A DNA stretch of 43,024 nt from a virus (Duplodnaviria; Caudoviricetes). Of this stretch, positions 1 to 9,295 are shown in pieces. The stretch lies in the IMG/VR virus record IMGVR_UViG_3300049982_000043, positions 1 through 43,024 of that record, one strand, 5' to 3'. The position numbers were made by a program, and so were the translations under genes. Each line of letters starts with the position of its first letter. Positions within the stretch are counted from its first letter, which is position 1. Below the pieces are notes generated by a model. The model worked only from the letters and a program-made list of their open reading frames with translations, was not told the origin of the DNA and made no database searches.

Positions 1-6
1 TATAAT
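1..6 (+). promoter_or_regulatory. Likely -10 element (TATAAT) of the host tRNA-His promoter
   Basis: Perfect TATAAT ~40 nt upstream of the tRNA; the -35 lies outside the window. Confidence 0.5.
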
Positions 7-48
7 CACGGGCTTCCTCGATGACTAGTCGAGGCGAAGCGTTTCAGT

Positions 49-125
49 GGTGGCCGTAGCTCAGTTGGTAGAGTCCAGGATTGTGATTCCTGTTGTCGCG
101 GGTTCGAGTCCCGTCGGCCACCCCA
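49..125 (+). tRNA. tRNA-His (GTG), intact, integration target
   Basis: GGTGGCCGTAGCTCAGTTGGTAGAG...CAGGA-TTGTGAT-TCCTG...GGTTCGAGTCC...CCACCCCA; extra G-1 typical of tRNA-His; encoded CCA. Confidence 0.97.
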
Positions 126-127
126 CA
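76..127 (+). repeat. attL core (52-bp direct repeat, 3' part of tRNA-His)
   Basis: Identical to 42898-42949; starts exactly at the anticodon stem. Confidence 0.95.
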
Positions 128-180
128 TAAAGCTGTAAGATCAACTACTTACACGCGCCGCAAAATTTCATAATACAAAA

Positions 181-209
181 TTTCCGACGAAAATTAGAAC
201 TTTCCGACG
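181..209 (+). promoter_or_regulatory. Putative integrase arm-type sites (TTTCCGACG x2)
   Basis: TTTCCGACG at 181-189 and 201-209; the same 9-mer occurs at 42787-42795 and inverted at 42840-42848. Confidence 0.7.
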
Positions 210-330
210 GGTTGCACGCATACCTAACGCTTTCGCGCTGCGCACTTCGGTTCTCGGCTCACGCCCTGCCGCAGGCCAATCTGCGGAGTCTTCCCGGCCA
301 GCATTGCCGCCCTGGCCGCACTGGGGCGCT

Positions 331-834
331 TCAGTGATGTGTGGCGGTTTGTAGGTTGCTATAAAACTCCTGCCATCCCTCTACTTGGGCGATGCAGGTT
401 CGATGGTTTTTTCCGTTGTATGCGTCGACTTCGGCGACGGTAGAGAGCGCAATGCCGCTGGCTTCTCGGTCAGAATCGACGGGGGCGCCGGCAGGCTCGC
501 CGGTGGTGGCGGCGCGGTGGATGCGCACGAAGCCAATAGGCACAGTGACAGCAGCGTCATCAGCGGCCGTAACGAAGACAGGAACTTCTTTGACAATTGT
601 TTCTCCTTTTTCCTTGATGATCCGGATCCGGTCGCGGTACTTGATCTCAGTCTGGACAACCACCTTTTCCTGAGCCCTTGCAATCCTGACCGTGGCCGTC
701 GCTTGCTTGGCGACATAAGCCAAATGCTTTGCGCCTTCGATGCGGGAGCCGTCCATCCGGCCCATGCCGTACAGCGCCAACGCGATCAGCGCCAGTGCAG
801 CGTACTTTGCCCATGCTGGAAGAATGAAGTTCAT
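331..834 (-). CDS. i-spanin (Rz-like)
   Basis: Start MNFILPAWAKY (ATGA overlap with upstream gene); N-terminal TM followed by a helical region; last gene of the lysis cassette; contains an embedded lipoprotein gene. Confidence 0.8.
   Translation of the reverse strand: MNFILPAWAKYAALALIALALYGMGRMDGSRIEGAKHLAYVAKQATATVRIARAQEKVVVQTEIKYRDRIRIIKEKGETIVKEVPVFVTAADDAAVTVPIGFVRIHRAATTGEPAGAPVDSDREASGIALSTVAEVDAYNGKNHRTCIAQVEGWQEFYSNLQTATHH
381..596 (-). CDS. o-spanin (Rz1-like lipoprotein) embedded in Rz
   Basis: TTG start after AAGGAG SD; MSKKFLSSLRPLMTLLSLCLLAS-C lipobox followed by a Pro-rich segment; alternative frame inside Rz. Confidence 0.75.
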   Translation of the reverse strand: MSKKFLSSLRPLMTLLSLCLLASCASTAPPPPASLPAPPSILTEKPAALRSLPSPKSTHTTEKTIEPASPK

Positions 835-1013
835 GACAGCCACACCTTCAGCAGGAAGCAAACCAGCCAGGTCACGATCGTCACGCCGGCCGCCGGTAAA
901 GCAGCTGCGAACGCAATCATCCCTGCATACGGGTTTGGGGAGACGGTAAGCCACACTACGAAGGCAATAGCCAAAACCGTTACAACGGTCGGGATAATCC
1001 ACCAAGCGATCAT
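831..1013 (-). CDS. Small 2-TM membrane protein (holin/antiholin candidate)
   Basis: 60 aa MIAWWIIPTVV..., two hydrophobic helices, GAGG SD, between endolysin and Rz. Confidence 0.6.
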   Translation of the reverse strand: MIAWWIIPTVVTVLAIAFVVWLTVSPNPYAGMIAFAAALPAAGVTIVTWLVCFLLKVWLS

Positions 1014-1020
1014 GGATGCC

Positions 1021-1440
1021 TCAAGGGTAAAAAACACGATTTCCCGAGCGCGGCGGGACGGTTTGGAAATGCGCCCATCCCTTCGTCGCCGACGGATGCT
1101 CCTGCCACAGATCCAGGTCGGCGAGAACGTCGGGATTGGCAAGCGCCCATTCATCGATTTCGCCGTCCGGATCGTAAAGGTCGCACGCCTCGCAGGTCAT
1201 GTGCTTGCTCTTGACTGCCGCGCCTGCCGTATTGGCATTGATTGCCGCCGGCCGCCATCCGCTCGACACCGCGGATTGCGTATTCGGGTTTGTTTGTATA
1301 TCGATACCGTCGGCGCGCATGCGCGCGATCAGCTGGTTGATGCGCTGGACCGTGGTCCCAGCCTTGAGCTGTTTTTCCTGGGTGAGCTCGCTACCATACT
1401 TCAGATGCCGATCCATGTAGTACTGCGCTATTGTTATCAT
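1021..1440 (-). CDS. Endolysin, peptidase M15 family
   Basis: SGWR...SKHMTCEACD...WAHFQ Zn-peptidase M15 motifs (SxHxxxxAxD, HxQ); adjacent to spanins. Confidence 0.85.
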   Translation of the reverse strand: MITIAQYYMDRHLKYGSELTQEKQLKAGTTVQRINQLIARMRADGIDIQTNPNTQSAVSSGWRPAAINANTAGAAVKSKHMTCEACDLYDPDGEIDEWALANPDVLADLDLWQEHPSATKGWAHFQTVPPRSGNRVFYP

Positions 1441-1505
1441 CCATACCCCCTGGTTAATCACTCAGGGAAGTATAGAAAGCGCTGGGCGTGCCCCAGCACT
1501 TTTGT

Positions 1506-4500
1506 CTACTTCAGTTCGGACTGCTTCTTGGCGAGCTCGGTCATTTTTTCCCTCTGCCTGTCAATGTAGTCGCGCCGCGCGTCCGGCGTCATGGACTTGT
1601 TGCGCGCCGCCGACCGGATGTTCGCCTGGATCTCTTCGTGCTCCTTCTTCAACTGGAACCGCTTGAAATCGATGCCGTGTTCCGGGTCGAAGGAACGGAT
1701 CTTCGTGCCGGTGCTGACATCGAGCAGCGCCGTGGACAGCTTGATCGGGTCGCCGGCCTTGGTGTAGCCGGTATAACCCATCATCTCGGTATCGAAGGCA
1801 TTGGCCGCGCCGTTCATCAGCTTGTCGAAGTTCCAGGAGCCCGGCACAAACGGCGCATTCGGCACCATCTGTTTCCATGCCCAGTTCGCCCGCTTTTGCG
1901 CCTCTTCCCAGCCTGTGTCCGATTTCTGCGTGATCGGCTTGCCGGTGAAGGTATCAAGGTTGAACAGCAGCGCCGCGGTCGCGGTGAACAGCGGATGCGA
2001 CGGCATCAACGGCGCCGGCACGGCCAGGCCTCCGGTCTGATTGGTCAGGTCGAACAGGTCACCCAGCGGCACGCGCCGCGAGATGTCCATGAAGGCCGGC
2101 CGGTCCTCGATGTTGAACGGCATGCGGACGGCTTTCGGCGTGCCGATCGCGCTCCTGCCATCCATGTATTCCGGCATGCCCTTGCGCTCTTTCTCTTCAT
2201 CGCCACCAGTAATCGCATACGCCAGCCAGTTGGCGCCGCCGAGCAACGCGATCGGCAACAGCAGCCTGTCGGGCCGTGTCATCGCGGTATGCACCAGCAT
2301 CGGCAGTGCTTTGTAGGTGTAGGAAATGAAGGGCGAATACGCGCGCTTGGCCAGCTCCACACCCTCCGGAATGTCGGAGTAATTGAAAATGTATCGCTCC
2401 GTGTCCGCAATCGCATCCTCGATCGACGCCCCGGCCTTGCGCCGGTCGGCGTAGATCATCAGCTTGAAGAACTGGTCTTCAAACTCATAGGCCTTTTGCA
2501 TCCGATCGCGGTACCAGGACACCGGCTTCCCGGCTTTCTTCAGGGATTCGACCACCTTATTGAAGCGGCTGGCCACGACGGTTTCGACGTCCAGCTCGTC
2601 GGTCAGGTCCGGCAGGAAAAGCTCTTGGATATCCTTGCTGGCGAATTCGGTACCGAACAGTCCGTTGTCGACGCCCTCGACGTAATACTGACCCTTGGTT
2701 CGGTACTCGCGCACCGTGTTGCGCCAGTGCCGCGGATCCGCAGGATTCAATCCGGCGAAGTGCATCACGAAGACGTTGGACACAACGTTATTGCCGTGCG
2801 AGACCGGATTCCAGACGGTTTTACCTTCTTTCCAGAACGACAGCGCCTTATCGTACATCTGCATCAGCGGGCCTTTCGGCTGGGTGCTGCGCTCGATGAC
2901 GTCGCGGACGTACGGCGGAACGAACAAGCCGGACAGCGCGCCATAGCGTTTCAGCCCGCCGGTGCCCGGAACTTCCTGGTCAGGTACGCGCGTCCAGCCG
3001 CCCGGGTTGATGGCGCTCGACAGTTCATCGTTTTCAGCAATCGATTTGAACAGCCGGCCGATGGCAATGTCACGCTGCGTTTCCGTGTAGCCCATCGCGT
3101 AGCGCAGAATGCCGTCACGGATCTCGCCCATCTTGGCACGCTCGTCTTCGGTGAAGTCCCGCCACATCAAAAACTTCAGGTCCTGCGCGTACTGCGGGGG
3201 GATCTTGCCCTTAGTCTGGATGGCGTCCCATAGATCGTCCGGAATATCGGTACCGTCGGACATCGATGAGAGTGTCCAGCCGAGTTTTTGGTATTTCTCG
3301 ATATCGTTCATGCCGACGGTATGGACCAGGCCGCGCGACTTCAGGCGGTTGCCGTTCATGCGCAGCTTTGCCTTCTGATACCAGGACACGAACATTTCCT
3401 TGTTGGTCAGGCGGGCAAGCAGCGGGTTGCGGTACGCGCGCGGCAGGTAGTTCTCGAGCAAGCGCTCCGGACTCGCCATGCCGAGGTCGACGAGCTCCTG
3501 TGCCTGGTGCTTCAGTGCGGCGCCGATATCGGCCGCGATCTTCGCTACGTTTTCAGGAGGGAGGTCGCCGGCGGCGACATTCTTCTCAATGATGTCCGAA
3601 ATCAGGATCCGCTCTTCCGGCGTCAACGTCTCGGTACCGACCTCGGCAACTCGCTTGGCATTTTCAAGCGCCTTGTTCTGGTCGACGGCGAACTGACGCA
3701 TCATCTGCTTGAAGGCGTCCGGCGCGTCGTTCGACAGCTTCACTTTTGCCAGCAGCGGATTGATGGCGTCGACCAGGCGGTCGTATCCCTTTTTCCCGGC
3801 GACCCAGCGCCGGCGGCCGGAGACATCGCGCTCGGTAGATACGAAGTCGCGCGCGCGGATCGGTTCGCGGGGCGAGCCGTCCTCAATGTCGAGCTCCTGC
3901 TGGCGCTCGTCGACCGGCTTGCGGCTGTAATAGGTCTTTTCGACGGCCACTCGCGAGTCATCGAACACGACATAGTTGAACGACCCATCGCCATTGGACC
4001 GACTGCTGCCATCGAGATACTTGATGCCTGCAATTCCAGCGGCGGCAAGCGCCTTTGACGCGGCTTCCTGACCTCGCTCGGCGCCTAGTTCATCTGCAAA
4101 ATCGGCAGCCATTTGTCTATAGGCTTCCCCCATAGTAAGCGATGGCTTCCAGTCGTACTTATGGCCGCGCGCTTTAACCCCTATTTCTGGCAAAACTTTC
4201 CGAATATTCTCCGGCTGTTCCGACAGTGGTTTATCCCACAACAGATATTCGCGATCGTCGGGAATGCTCACTTCATAGAGTTGCCCTTGCTTGTCCACCG
4301 CGGCGCGCGCCCGGTCGGATAGATCCCAGCCATCGGGGTTTTTTATCGCCTCGGAAATGGATTGATGCGGGTAGTCGAACCCTAACCAGTCATCGCCTTG
4401 CAATGCCTCGATCAGATCCTTCTGCGACTGGGACAGTCCGTCGATAGCCAACAGCGCTTCAACGGCATCATCAGGGGACGAATATTCATCGTAGGCTTCG

Positions 4501-7500
4501 CGCGCCTTATTGATGAAATCCCGGGTCGACAATCCTTTGCGGTAAAACTCGGCGACCTCACGCTTACCGGCGAAGTAAAGCCCCCACCCATAGACCTGCG
4601 CACCTTCGCCGGTGCCGATCTTATCGAGCGAAAACTTCTTAAACCGGTGCGGGCTGCCGTGATAGGCGCGGGAGAACTGCGCCGGCCCGCCGGCCACCAT
4701 AGCGCGCCCTTGCTTTTTCAGGTAAGCCTGCGCGTCCCTCAGCAGCCCAGCCACTTCCGCATCGGTAAGGTCCTTCTTGGTGAAGCCGATCGACTTCAGG
4801 AACTTGCGGATTGCATCCAGCACGCGCTTGGTGATGGAGTTCTGTAGGTTGCGCTCCGCCATGACGGCGATGATCTCGCGCGCGCGGCGCTGGTCCGGCA
4901 GGTTCGGTTGGGTCTCGTCGACGTATTTTGCGATATCGATGATGGCCTTGTTGCCATCCAGTTCGGCGATGATGACCCGATCGGCAAGGCGGTCCATCTC
5001 CTTTTTGCCGACCATATTTTTCATGCCGTAGTGGCCGATCAGCTCATGGCGGGCGACCTCGACGGCGCGCTCGGGAGACGATAGGTTTTCAGCGATCAGG
5101 GCCACGCGATTGGAGCGCGGATCCCAGAAACCCTCGACGCCGGTTTCACCTTCACTTTTTGCCTGCGCCTGGATGTGGTCCGGCGCGTCGTTCAGCGTCG
5201 CGTAGACATCAATGGTGTGATTGAAGGTGTCGGCCGCAATGGCCGCGTTGACTGCTTCGGGAGTGATGCCCTTGCGGGATGCCGGGCTTACTTCTTGGGT
5301 GGCAGGTAGACCTTGGTTATCCGACTGCCCTTGGGCTGGCGTTTTAGAAACTCCAGCAGGCTCTCGCCCTCGACCGGCTCGAAGTCCTGCCGCTTCTCGT
5401 CGGGCTTTGTCCTCGAGAAGCTTGGTGTCTGCGGATCGAAGGGTTTTGTCGATTCCATAACTAAATTCTACCCCATTTTTCCGTGTTGTCGAACCGTCAT
5501 CATGGGTTATCTCGATGATGACGCCTTTCAGGCGTTCCCGTACCCGCTCGAGCAGATCCCGGCCTTCCTGCTCATTGTCGAATTGCGCGGCGAACTCATC
5601 CCCGGAGAGGTGGTAGCCGTCCTGCGTTTCATCGGCCAAGGCCTGCCCGAACAGCGCCAGCAGCTGGTCGCCGGACTCATGCCCCATATTGTCGTTGACC
5701 CACTTCAGGGAATCGATATCGACGCTCGCCTGGTAGGGCTTTTTGATGGATTCGACATAGGCACGGCGGTTGCCGAGTCCGGTGAGCTCATCGACCAACA
5801 GCGCGCGGCGCATTTCGTCCGGCGTCATATCCGACACCGTTTTGCGCCGTTCGGGATTCTGCCGCCTCTCTGGACGGCCGTCGATTACGTCGCCGGTGCC
5901 TTCGGCAGGGTGACCGGTGCGCTCTCCTGCGCCTGGTGCGTCCGGCGCTTGTTGATCAATTTGAGCAGCAGTTCCGTCGATTCCTTTTTCTGCGCCGGCG
6001 GGAGATCCTTGGTCAGTTCCGCCCAGCGCGCCGACGGGCTCGGCCGCGATGGCTTCCCGCCCGATGGCTGCTTCTTCGTCTGCGCTGATGTCATCGTACT
6101 CTTCCAGTATGGTTTCGATTGCTGCCTGCTGCTCGTCAGTCTGAGCATTCAGCGCATCCTTGTCCTGCTGTTCAAGCCAAGCCTGATACTCGCCGTCCTT
6201 GATGCCTTCCATCTTACGCTCGAAACCCTGTGGCGTGTAATGCGGATCCCTGCGCAGCTCACCGTCGAAGAGGTCGAACAGTTCGGATAGATCATGTTTG
6301 CCGTGCTGGTCGCGCGACAGATAACCGAGTTCCGCCAGCGCTTCGCCCGCACGGTCCAAGCTCATGCCATTCGCGGTGCCGATGCGCTTGATGCCATGGC
6401 GCAGCGTCTTTATTTCCGCCGGGTCGTAGCCCCATTCCTTCGTCAACTGGTCGATGTTGATACCGCCAAGTTTGGCGATTGCCATGTGCATGCTGTCGGA
6501 TTCCGGGTTCACGCGCGATTGCTGCTGTACCAGGCGCGCGGCATTGGCGCGCTGCTTTTCGGTGGCAGGCTGATATCGCACCACGAAGCCGCCGGCGCCT
6601 TTCTTGATCGTCCACCCCTGGCCAGCCGCTTTCGCTTCTACCTGTGCTTTTGCCTTGGTCTGGAACGGCTTGCCGTCGGCCGCAACGACATCGCCCGGGC
6701 GCAATCCTTCGGTTGCCTGCTCGAGCTGCGTGGCGCGCTCGGTCAGTTGCGCGGGAACGTGGTATTTCGGCTGACCTTGTTCGGCTACTGCTTGGGCGGT
6801 GTCTTGGCGTGCCGCTGCAGGCTCGACAGGTCGATCGACCACGGACTGTTCGGTGCTGGCGGTGTCATTCGTAACTTCCGCACCTGGCTGGTTAACATCG
6901 GGTCCGGCTGCTCGCGCAACCTCTGCATTAACTGCCTCAACGCTGGCAGGATCCGTTGCATTTTGAACCTCCTCAGTGGAATTTACCGCCGGCCGTGGCG
7001 CGACCTCGGCATGTCCGATGTTGTCGCTATCGTCGCCACGCGTGACAGGCGGATTCTGTTTTGCGGCCGCGGCGATCTCATCTAGGAATGCATCGGCGCT
7101 CGGCTTCGCTTCGGTTTGCAGCTTGCTCGGGATATTTGCGGTGCTGTTGATCACGTCGGTCAGTGCCGTCACACTCGCCGGCGCCGCGGGCGCTGCCATG
7201 ATCGGAGCATCGACCGGTTGTGCCTGAGGCGCCTGGCGGTCCGCCTTATTCAGTGCGGTACCGACGCCAACCATGCCGCCGGACTGGAGCATCGTCTGCA
7301 GCGCAGTCTGCTTCATCTGTCCCCCCAGGTCGCCAACCGTCGCTTCCTGATTGGTTCCGACACCCGGCAACTTGTCGATACCGAACTGAAGTGCGGTCGT
7401 TAGTTCTTCCCCTGGTACTTCGCGCACGCCTGAACTGATCATCGCGCGCGCCATTGGCACGATAGATCCTTCGTCGATCGCGCTACGAATGCCGCGGGTG

Positions 7501-8216
7501 ATCTGACTGAAGCCCCCCAGTTTTTCGCCGACGACCTCGGCCGCGCCCATCGGTACCGCGCGCAGCGCAGCGCCAACCGAGTTCAGGCCGTCAGCACGAC
7601 CATCGCTGTATTCGCCGGCGGCCGACTGCCCGAACATCACCGGGAGCGCAGCGCCTGGCGCAGCAACTCCGGCGACCAATGCCGGCACGTTCGCAATAAC
7701 CGACGAAATCGCACCCGCGCTCGCGCCCGGCAGATCCTGCACGATGGAGTTCGGGGCGAACCCCTCAATCTGTGTTTTCTGCAACGGATTGCTGGCGAAC
7801 TCATTGGCCCGCTTTGCGCCGCCGGCCGCCATATCCGCAACCGTATCCGCGCCCAACGCATCGGCCGCCAGCTGCACCGCGCCAAGTCCGCTTTTGGCGA
7901 TCTGGCCGATACCGCCGCGCACACCCTTTTCAAGGATGCCCACGGCAGGCGCTTGCGCAGGCAAGGGGAGGGCGCGCGACTCGCTGACTTTGCGATCAAT
8001 CGCGGCTGTCGCTACCGGATCAAAGGGCATGCCGGTCTGCTGATCGGCGATCGCATCCATGACGGAGCCGCCCCGAAACAGCTTGTTGGCGGAGCTGTAG
8101 ATGCGGTCCTTCAGCGATGGCTCAGGTTTCGCCTTTGGCCCGGCTGATACGCCGTCCAAAAAATCGTCCGCGCTTGAGGAACGGGTTGCATCGTCAAGGA
8201 AATCGTCCGCACGCAT
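1506..8216 (-). CDS. Giant polyvalent internal-virion/DNA-ejection protein with GGDEF, zincin-like metallopeptidase and ADP-ribosyltransferase-like domains
   Basis: 2236 aa, last gene of the ejection-protein cluster; DELTGLGNRR/DIDSLKWVNDNMGHESGD/SGDEF; HELIGH; YHGS...GWGLYF...NYVVFD; helical C-terminal region. Confidence 0.85.
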   Translation of the reverse strand: MRADDFLDDATRSSSADDFLDGVSAGPKAKPEPSLKDRIYSSANKLFRGGSVMDAIADQQTGMPFDPVATAAIDRKVSESRALPLPAQAPAVGILEKGVRGGIGQIAKSGLGAVQLAADALGADTVADMAAGGAKRANEFASNPLQKTQIEGFAPNSIVQDLPGASAGAISSVIANVPALVAGVAAPGAALPVMFGQSAAGEYSDGRADGLNSVGAALRAVPMGAAEVVGEKLGGFSQITRGIRSAIDEGSIVPMARAMISSGVREVPGEELTTALQFGIDKLPGVGTNQEATVGDLGGQMKQTALQTMLQSGGMVGVGTALNKADRQAPQAQPVDAPIMAAPAAPASVTALTDVINSTANIPSKLQTEAKPSADAFLDEIAAAAKQNPPVTRGDDSDNIGHAEVAPRPAVNSTEEVQNATDPASVEAVNAEVARAAGPDVNQPGAEVTNDTASTEQSVVDRPVEPAAARQDTAQAVAEQGQPKYHVPAQLTERATQLEQATEGLRPGDVVAADGKPFQTKAKAQVEAKAAGQGWTIKKGAGGFVVRYQPATEKQRANAARLVQQQSRVNPESDSMHMAIAKLGGINIDQLTKEWGYDPAEIKTLRHGIKRIGTANGMSLDRAGEALAELGYLSRDQHGKHDLSELFDLFDGELRRDPHYTPQGFERKMEGIKDGEYQAWLEQQDKDALNAQTDEQQAAIETILEEYDDISADEEAAIGREAIAAEPVGALGGTDQGSPAGAEKGIDGTAAQIDQQAPDAPGAGERTGHPAEGTGDVIDGRPERRQNPERRKTVSDMTPDEMRRALLVDELTGLGNRRAYVESIKKPYQASVDIDSLKWVNDNMGHESGDQLLALFGQALADETQDGYHLSGDEFAAQFDNEQEGRDLLERVRERLKGVIIEITHDDGSTTRKNGVEFSYGIDKTLRSADTKLLEDKARREAAGLRAGRGREPAGVSKTPAQGQSDNQGLPATQEVSPASRKGITPEAVNAAIAADTFNHTIDVYATLNDAPDHIQAQAKSEGETGVEGFWDPRSNRVALIAENLSSPERAVEVARHELIGHYGMKNMVGKKEMDRLADRVIIAELDGNKAIIDIAKYVDETQPNLPDQRRAREIIAVMAERNLQNSITKRVLDAIRKFLKSIGFTKKDLTDAEVAGLLRDAQAYLKKQGRAMVAGGPAQFSRAYHGSPHRFKKFSLDKIGTGEGAQVYGWGLYFAGKREVAEFYRKGLSTRDFINKAREAYDEYSSPDDAVEALLAIDGLSQSQKDLIEALQGDDWLGFDYPHQSISEAIKNPDGWDLSDRARAAVDKQGQLYEVSIPDDREYLLWDKPLSEQPENIRKVLPEIGVKARGHKYDWKPSLTMGEAYRQMAADFADELGAERGQEAASKALAAAGIAGIKYLDGSSRSNGDGSFNYVVFDDSRVAVEKTYYSRKPVDERQQELDIEDGSPREPIRARDFVSTERDVSGRRRWVAGKKGYDRLVDAINPLLAKVKLSNDAPDAFKQMMRQFAVDQNKALENAKRVAEVGTETLTPEERILISDIIEKNVAAGDLPPENVAKIAADIGAALKHQAQELVDLGMASPERLLENYLPRAYRNPLLARLTNKEMFVSWYQKAKLRMNGNRLKSRGLVHTVGMNDIEKYQKLGWTLSSMSDGTDIPDDLWDAIQTKGKIPPQYAQDLKFLMWRDFTEDERAKMGEIRDGILRYAMGYTETQRDIAIGRLFKSIAENDELSSAINPGGWTRVPDQEVPGTGGLKRYGALSGLFVPPYVRDVIERSTQPKGPLMQMYDKALSFWKEGKTVWNPVSHGNNVVSNVFVMHFAGLNPADPRHWRNTVREYRTKGQYYVEGVDNGLFGTEFASKDIQELFLPDLTDELDVETVVASRFNKVVESLKKAGKPVSWYRDRMQKAYEFEDQFFKLMIYADRRKAGASIEDAIADTERYIFNYSDIPEGVELAKRAYSPFISYTYKALPMLVHTAMTRPDRLLLPIALLGGANWLAYAITGGDEEKERKGMPEYMDGRSAIGTPKAVRMPFNIEDRPAFMDISRRVPLGDLFDLTNQTGGLAVPAPLMPSHPLFTATAALLFNLDTFTGKPITQKSDTGWEEAQKRANWAWKQMVPNAPFVPGSWNFDKLMNGAANAFDTEMMGYTGYTKAGDPIKLSTALLDVSTGTKIRSFDPEHGIDFKRFQLKKEHEEIQANIRSAARNKSMTPDARRDYIDRQREKMTELAKKQSELK

Positions 8217-9295
8217 TAATCGAATCCGATGGCTTTCAGTTGTTTTTTCGCTTCTTCACGAGTGACCTTTCCCGCCTTGTACGCCGCGCGGATGGATTCG
8301 GCGGACTGTTTTACACCGGCAGAAGGTGCAGACATTTTGGACGAAGAGGGCGCCGCGTCAGCACTTTTCTCCACGCCGAACAAGCGATCGAGCAGTCCCG
8401 GCTTCTTTGGCGCTGGCGCCGGCAAGTCTGGCTCCCTGCCTTCAATCAGCGCCATGCGCCGCTCGACTTCTGCCTCCCGGTCTTCCGGCTTGACGGCAAA
8501 ATCCTTTGCGACCGCCGCCACGACCTGGGCTCGCGCTTTGGCGAGTGCAGCGTCTTTGCCGCCGGCTTTAACGAGCGGCTTCACCTTCGGCAGGATTTCG
8601 ACGTTTCCCGTAGTGCCCACGCGATATACAACCTGGTTGCCGTTCTCGTCGACGCCTTCGCTTGCATCCCCCAGCTGCAGCGCCTTGATGCGCTCATTGG
8701 ACAGCGCCGCCCCGGCGCCGGCCTGTCCTGCCTGCGCAAAGTTCTCGGCTGTCTTGGACTGGCTTTCGTTGCCGTAGAGTTTGGCCAGGGTGTTCGACGC
8801 CACTGTTCCCGCGCCGGTCGCCTTGTTGAAGACAGTGCCGGTGTTGCCGATATTGGCAAACGGTTCGTAGGTCTGCCCGGGCTTCGCCAACGTGTTTAGA
8901 CGGTTCATCTGCTCGAGGTCGCCAACATTCGAAACGGCCTTGTCCCGAATGCCTTGCGTCTGGAACTCTGTCGCGGCATTGGCAATGTTGTTCGGATCGC
9001 CTTTGCCGGTCGCCGCCCACAGTTTTAGAGCAGACTGTACGTTCTGCGCAAATTGCGGGTTCTTGGCAATCAGGTCTTCAATACCCTTGCGCTGGTCAAC
9101 CGTGTATTGCAAGCCGGCCGCTTCCGCGCCGTGCTTGTTGCCGGTCATGTTGGCGCTGTAGGCCTGCGCGTTGCGCAGCGATGCCTGCTGTTGCATCTGC
9201 TCCTGGAGGATCGGCGCCTGTACCAGAGCCTTAAAAATATTGCCGATGCCTTGCTGGACCGGCGCCATGCCGTCGGCGTTTAACGTGAATTTCAT
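8216..9295 (-). CDS. Putative internal virion/ejection protein
   Basis: 359 aa, Ala/Gln-rich; TAATG coupling to both neighbours; position in podovirus ejection cluster. Confidence 0.6.
   Translation of the reverse strand: MKFTLNADGMAPVQQGIGNIFKALVQAPILQEQMQQQASLRNAQAYSANMTGNKHGAEAAGLQYTVDQRKGIEDLIAKNPQFAQNVQSALKLWAATGKGDPNNIANAATEFQTQGIRDKAVSNVGDLEQMNRLNTLAKPGQTYEPFANIGNTGTVFNKATGAGTVASNTLAKLYGNESQSKTAENFAQAGQAGAGAALSNERIKALQLGDASEGVDENGNQVVYRVGTTGNVEILPKVKPLVKAGGKDAALAKARAQVVAAVAKDFAVKPEDREAEVERRMALIEGREPDLPAPAPKKPGLLDRLFGVEKSADAAPSSSKMSAPSAGVKQSAESIRAAYKAGKVTREEAKKQLKAIGFD

Noticed and set aside
1488-3233. 581-aa plus-strand ORF, and similar long ORFs at 385-1569, 5313-6290, 16110-17222, 18169-19335, 23233-24210, 25459-26544 (+) and 39468-40622 (-)
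   Set aside because: Antisense shadows of well-supported genes in GC-rich DNA; no motifs or SD support
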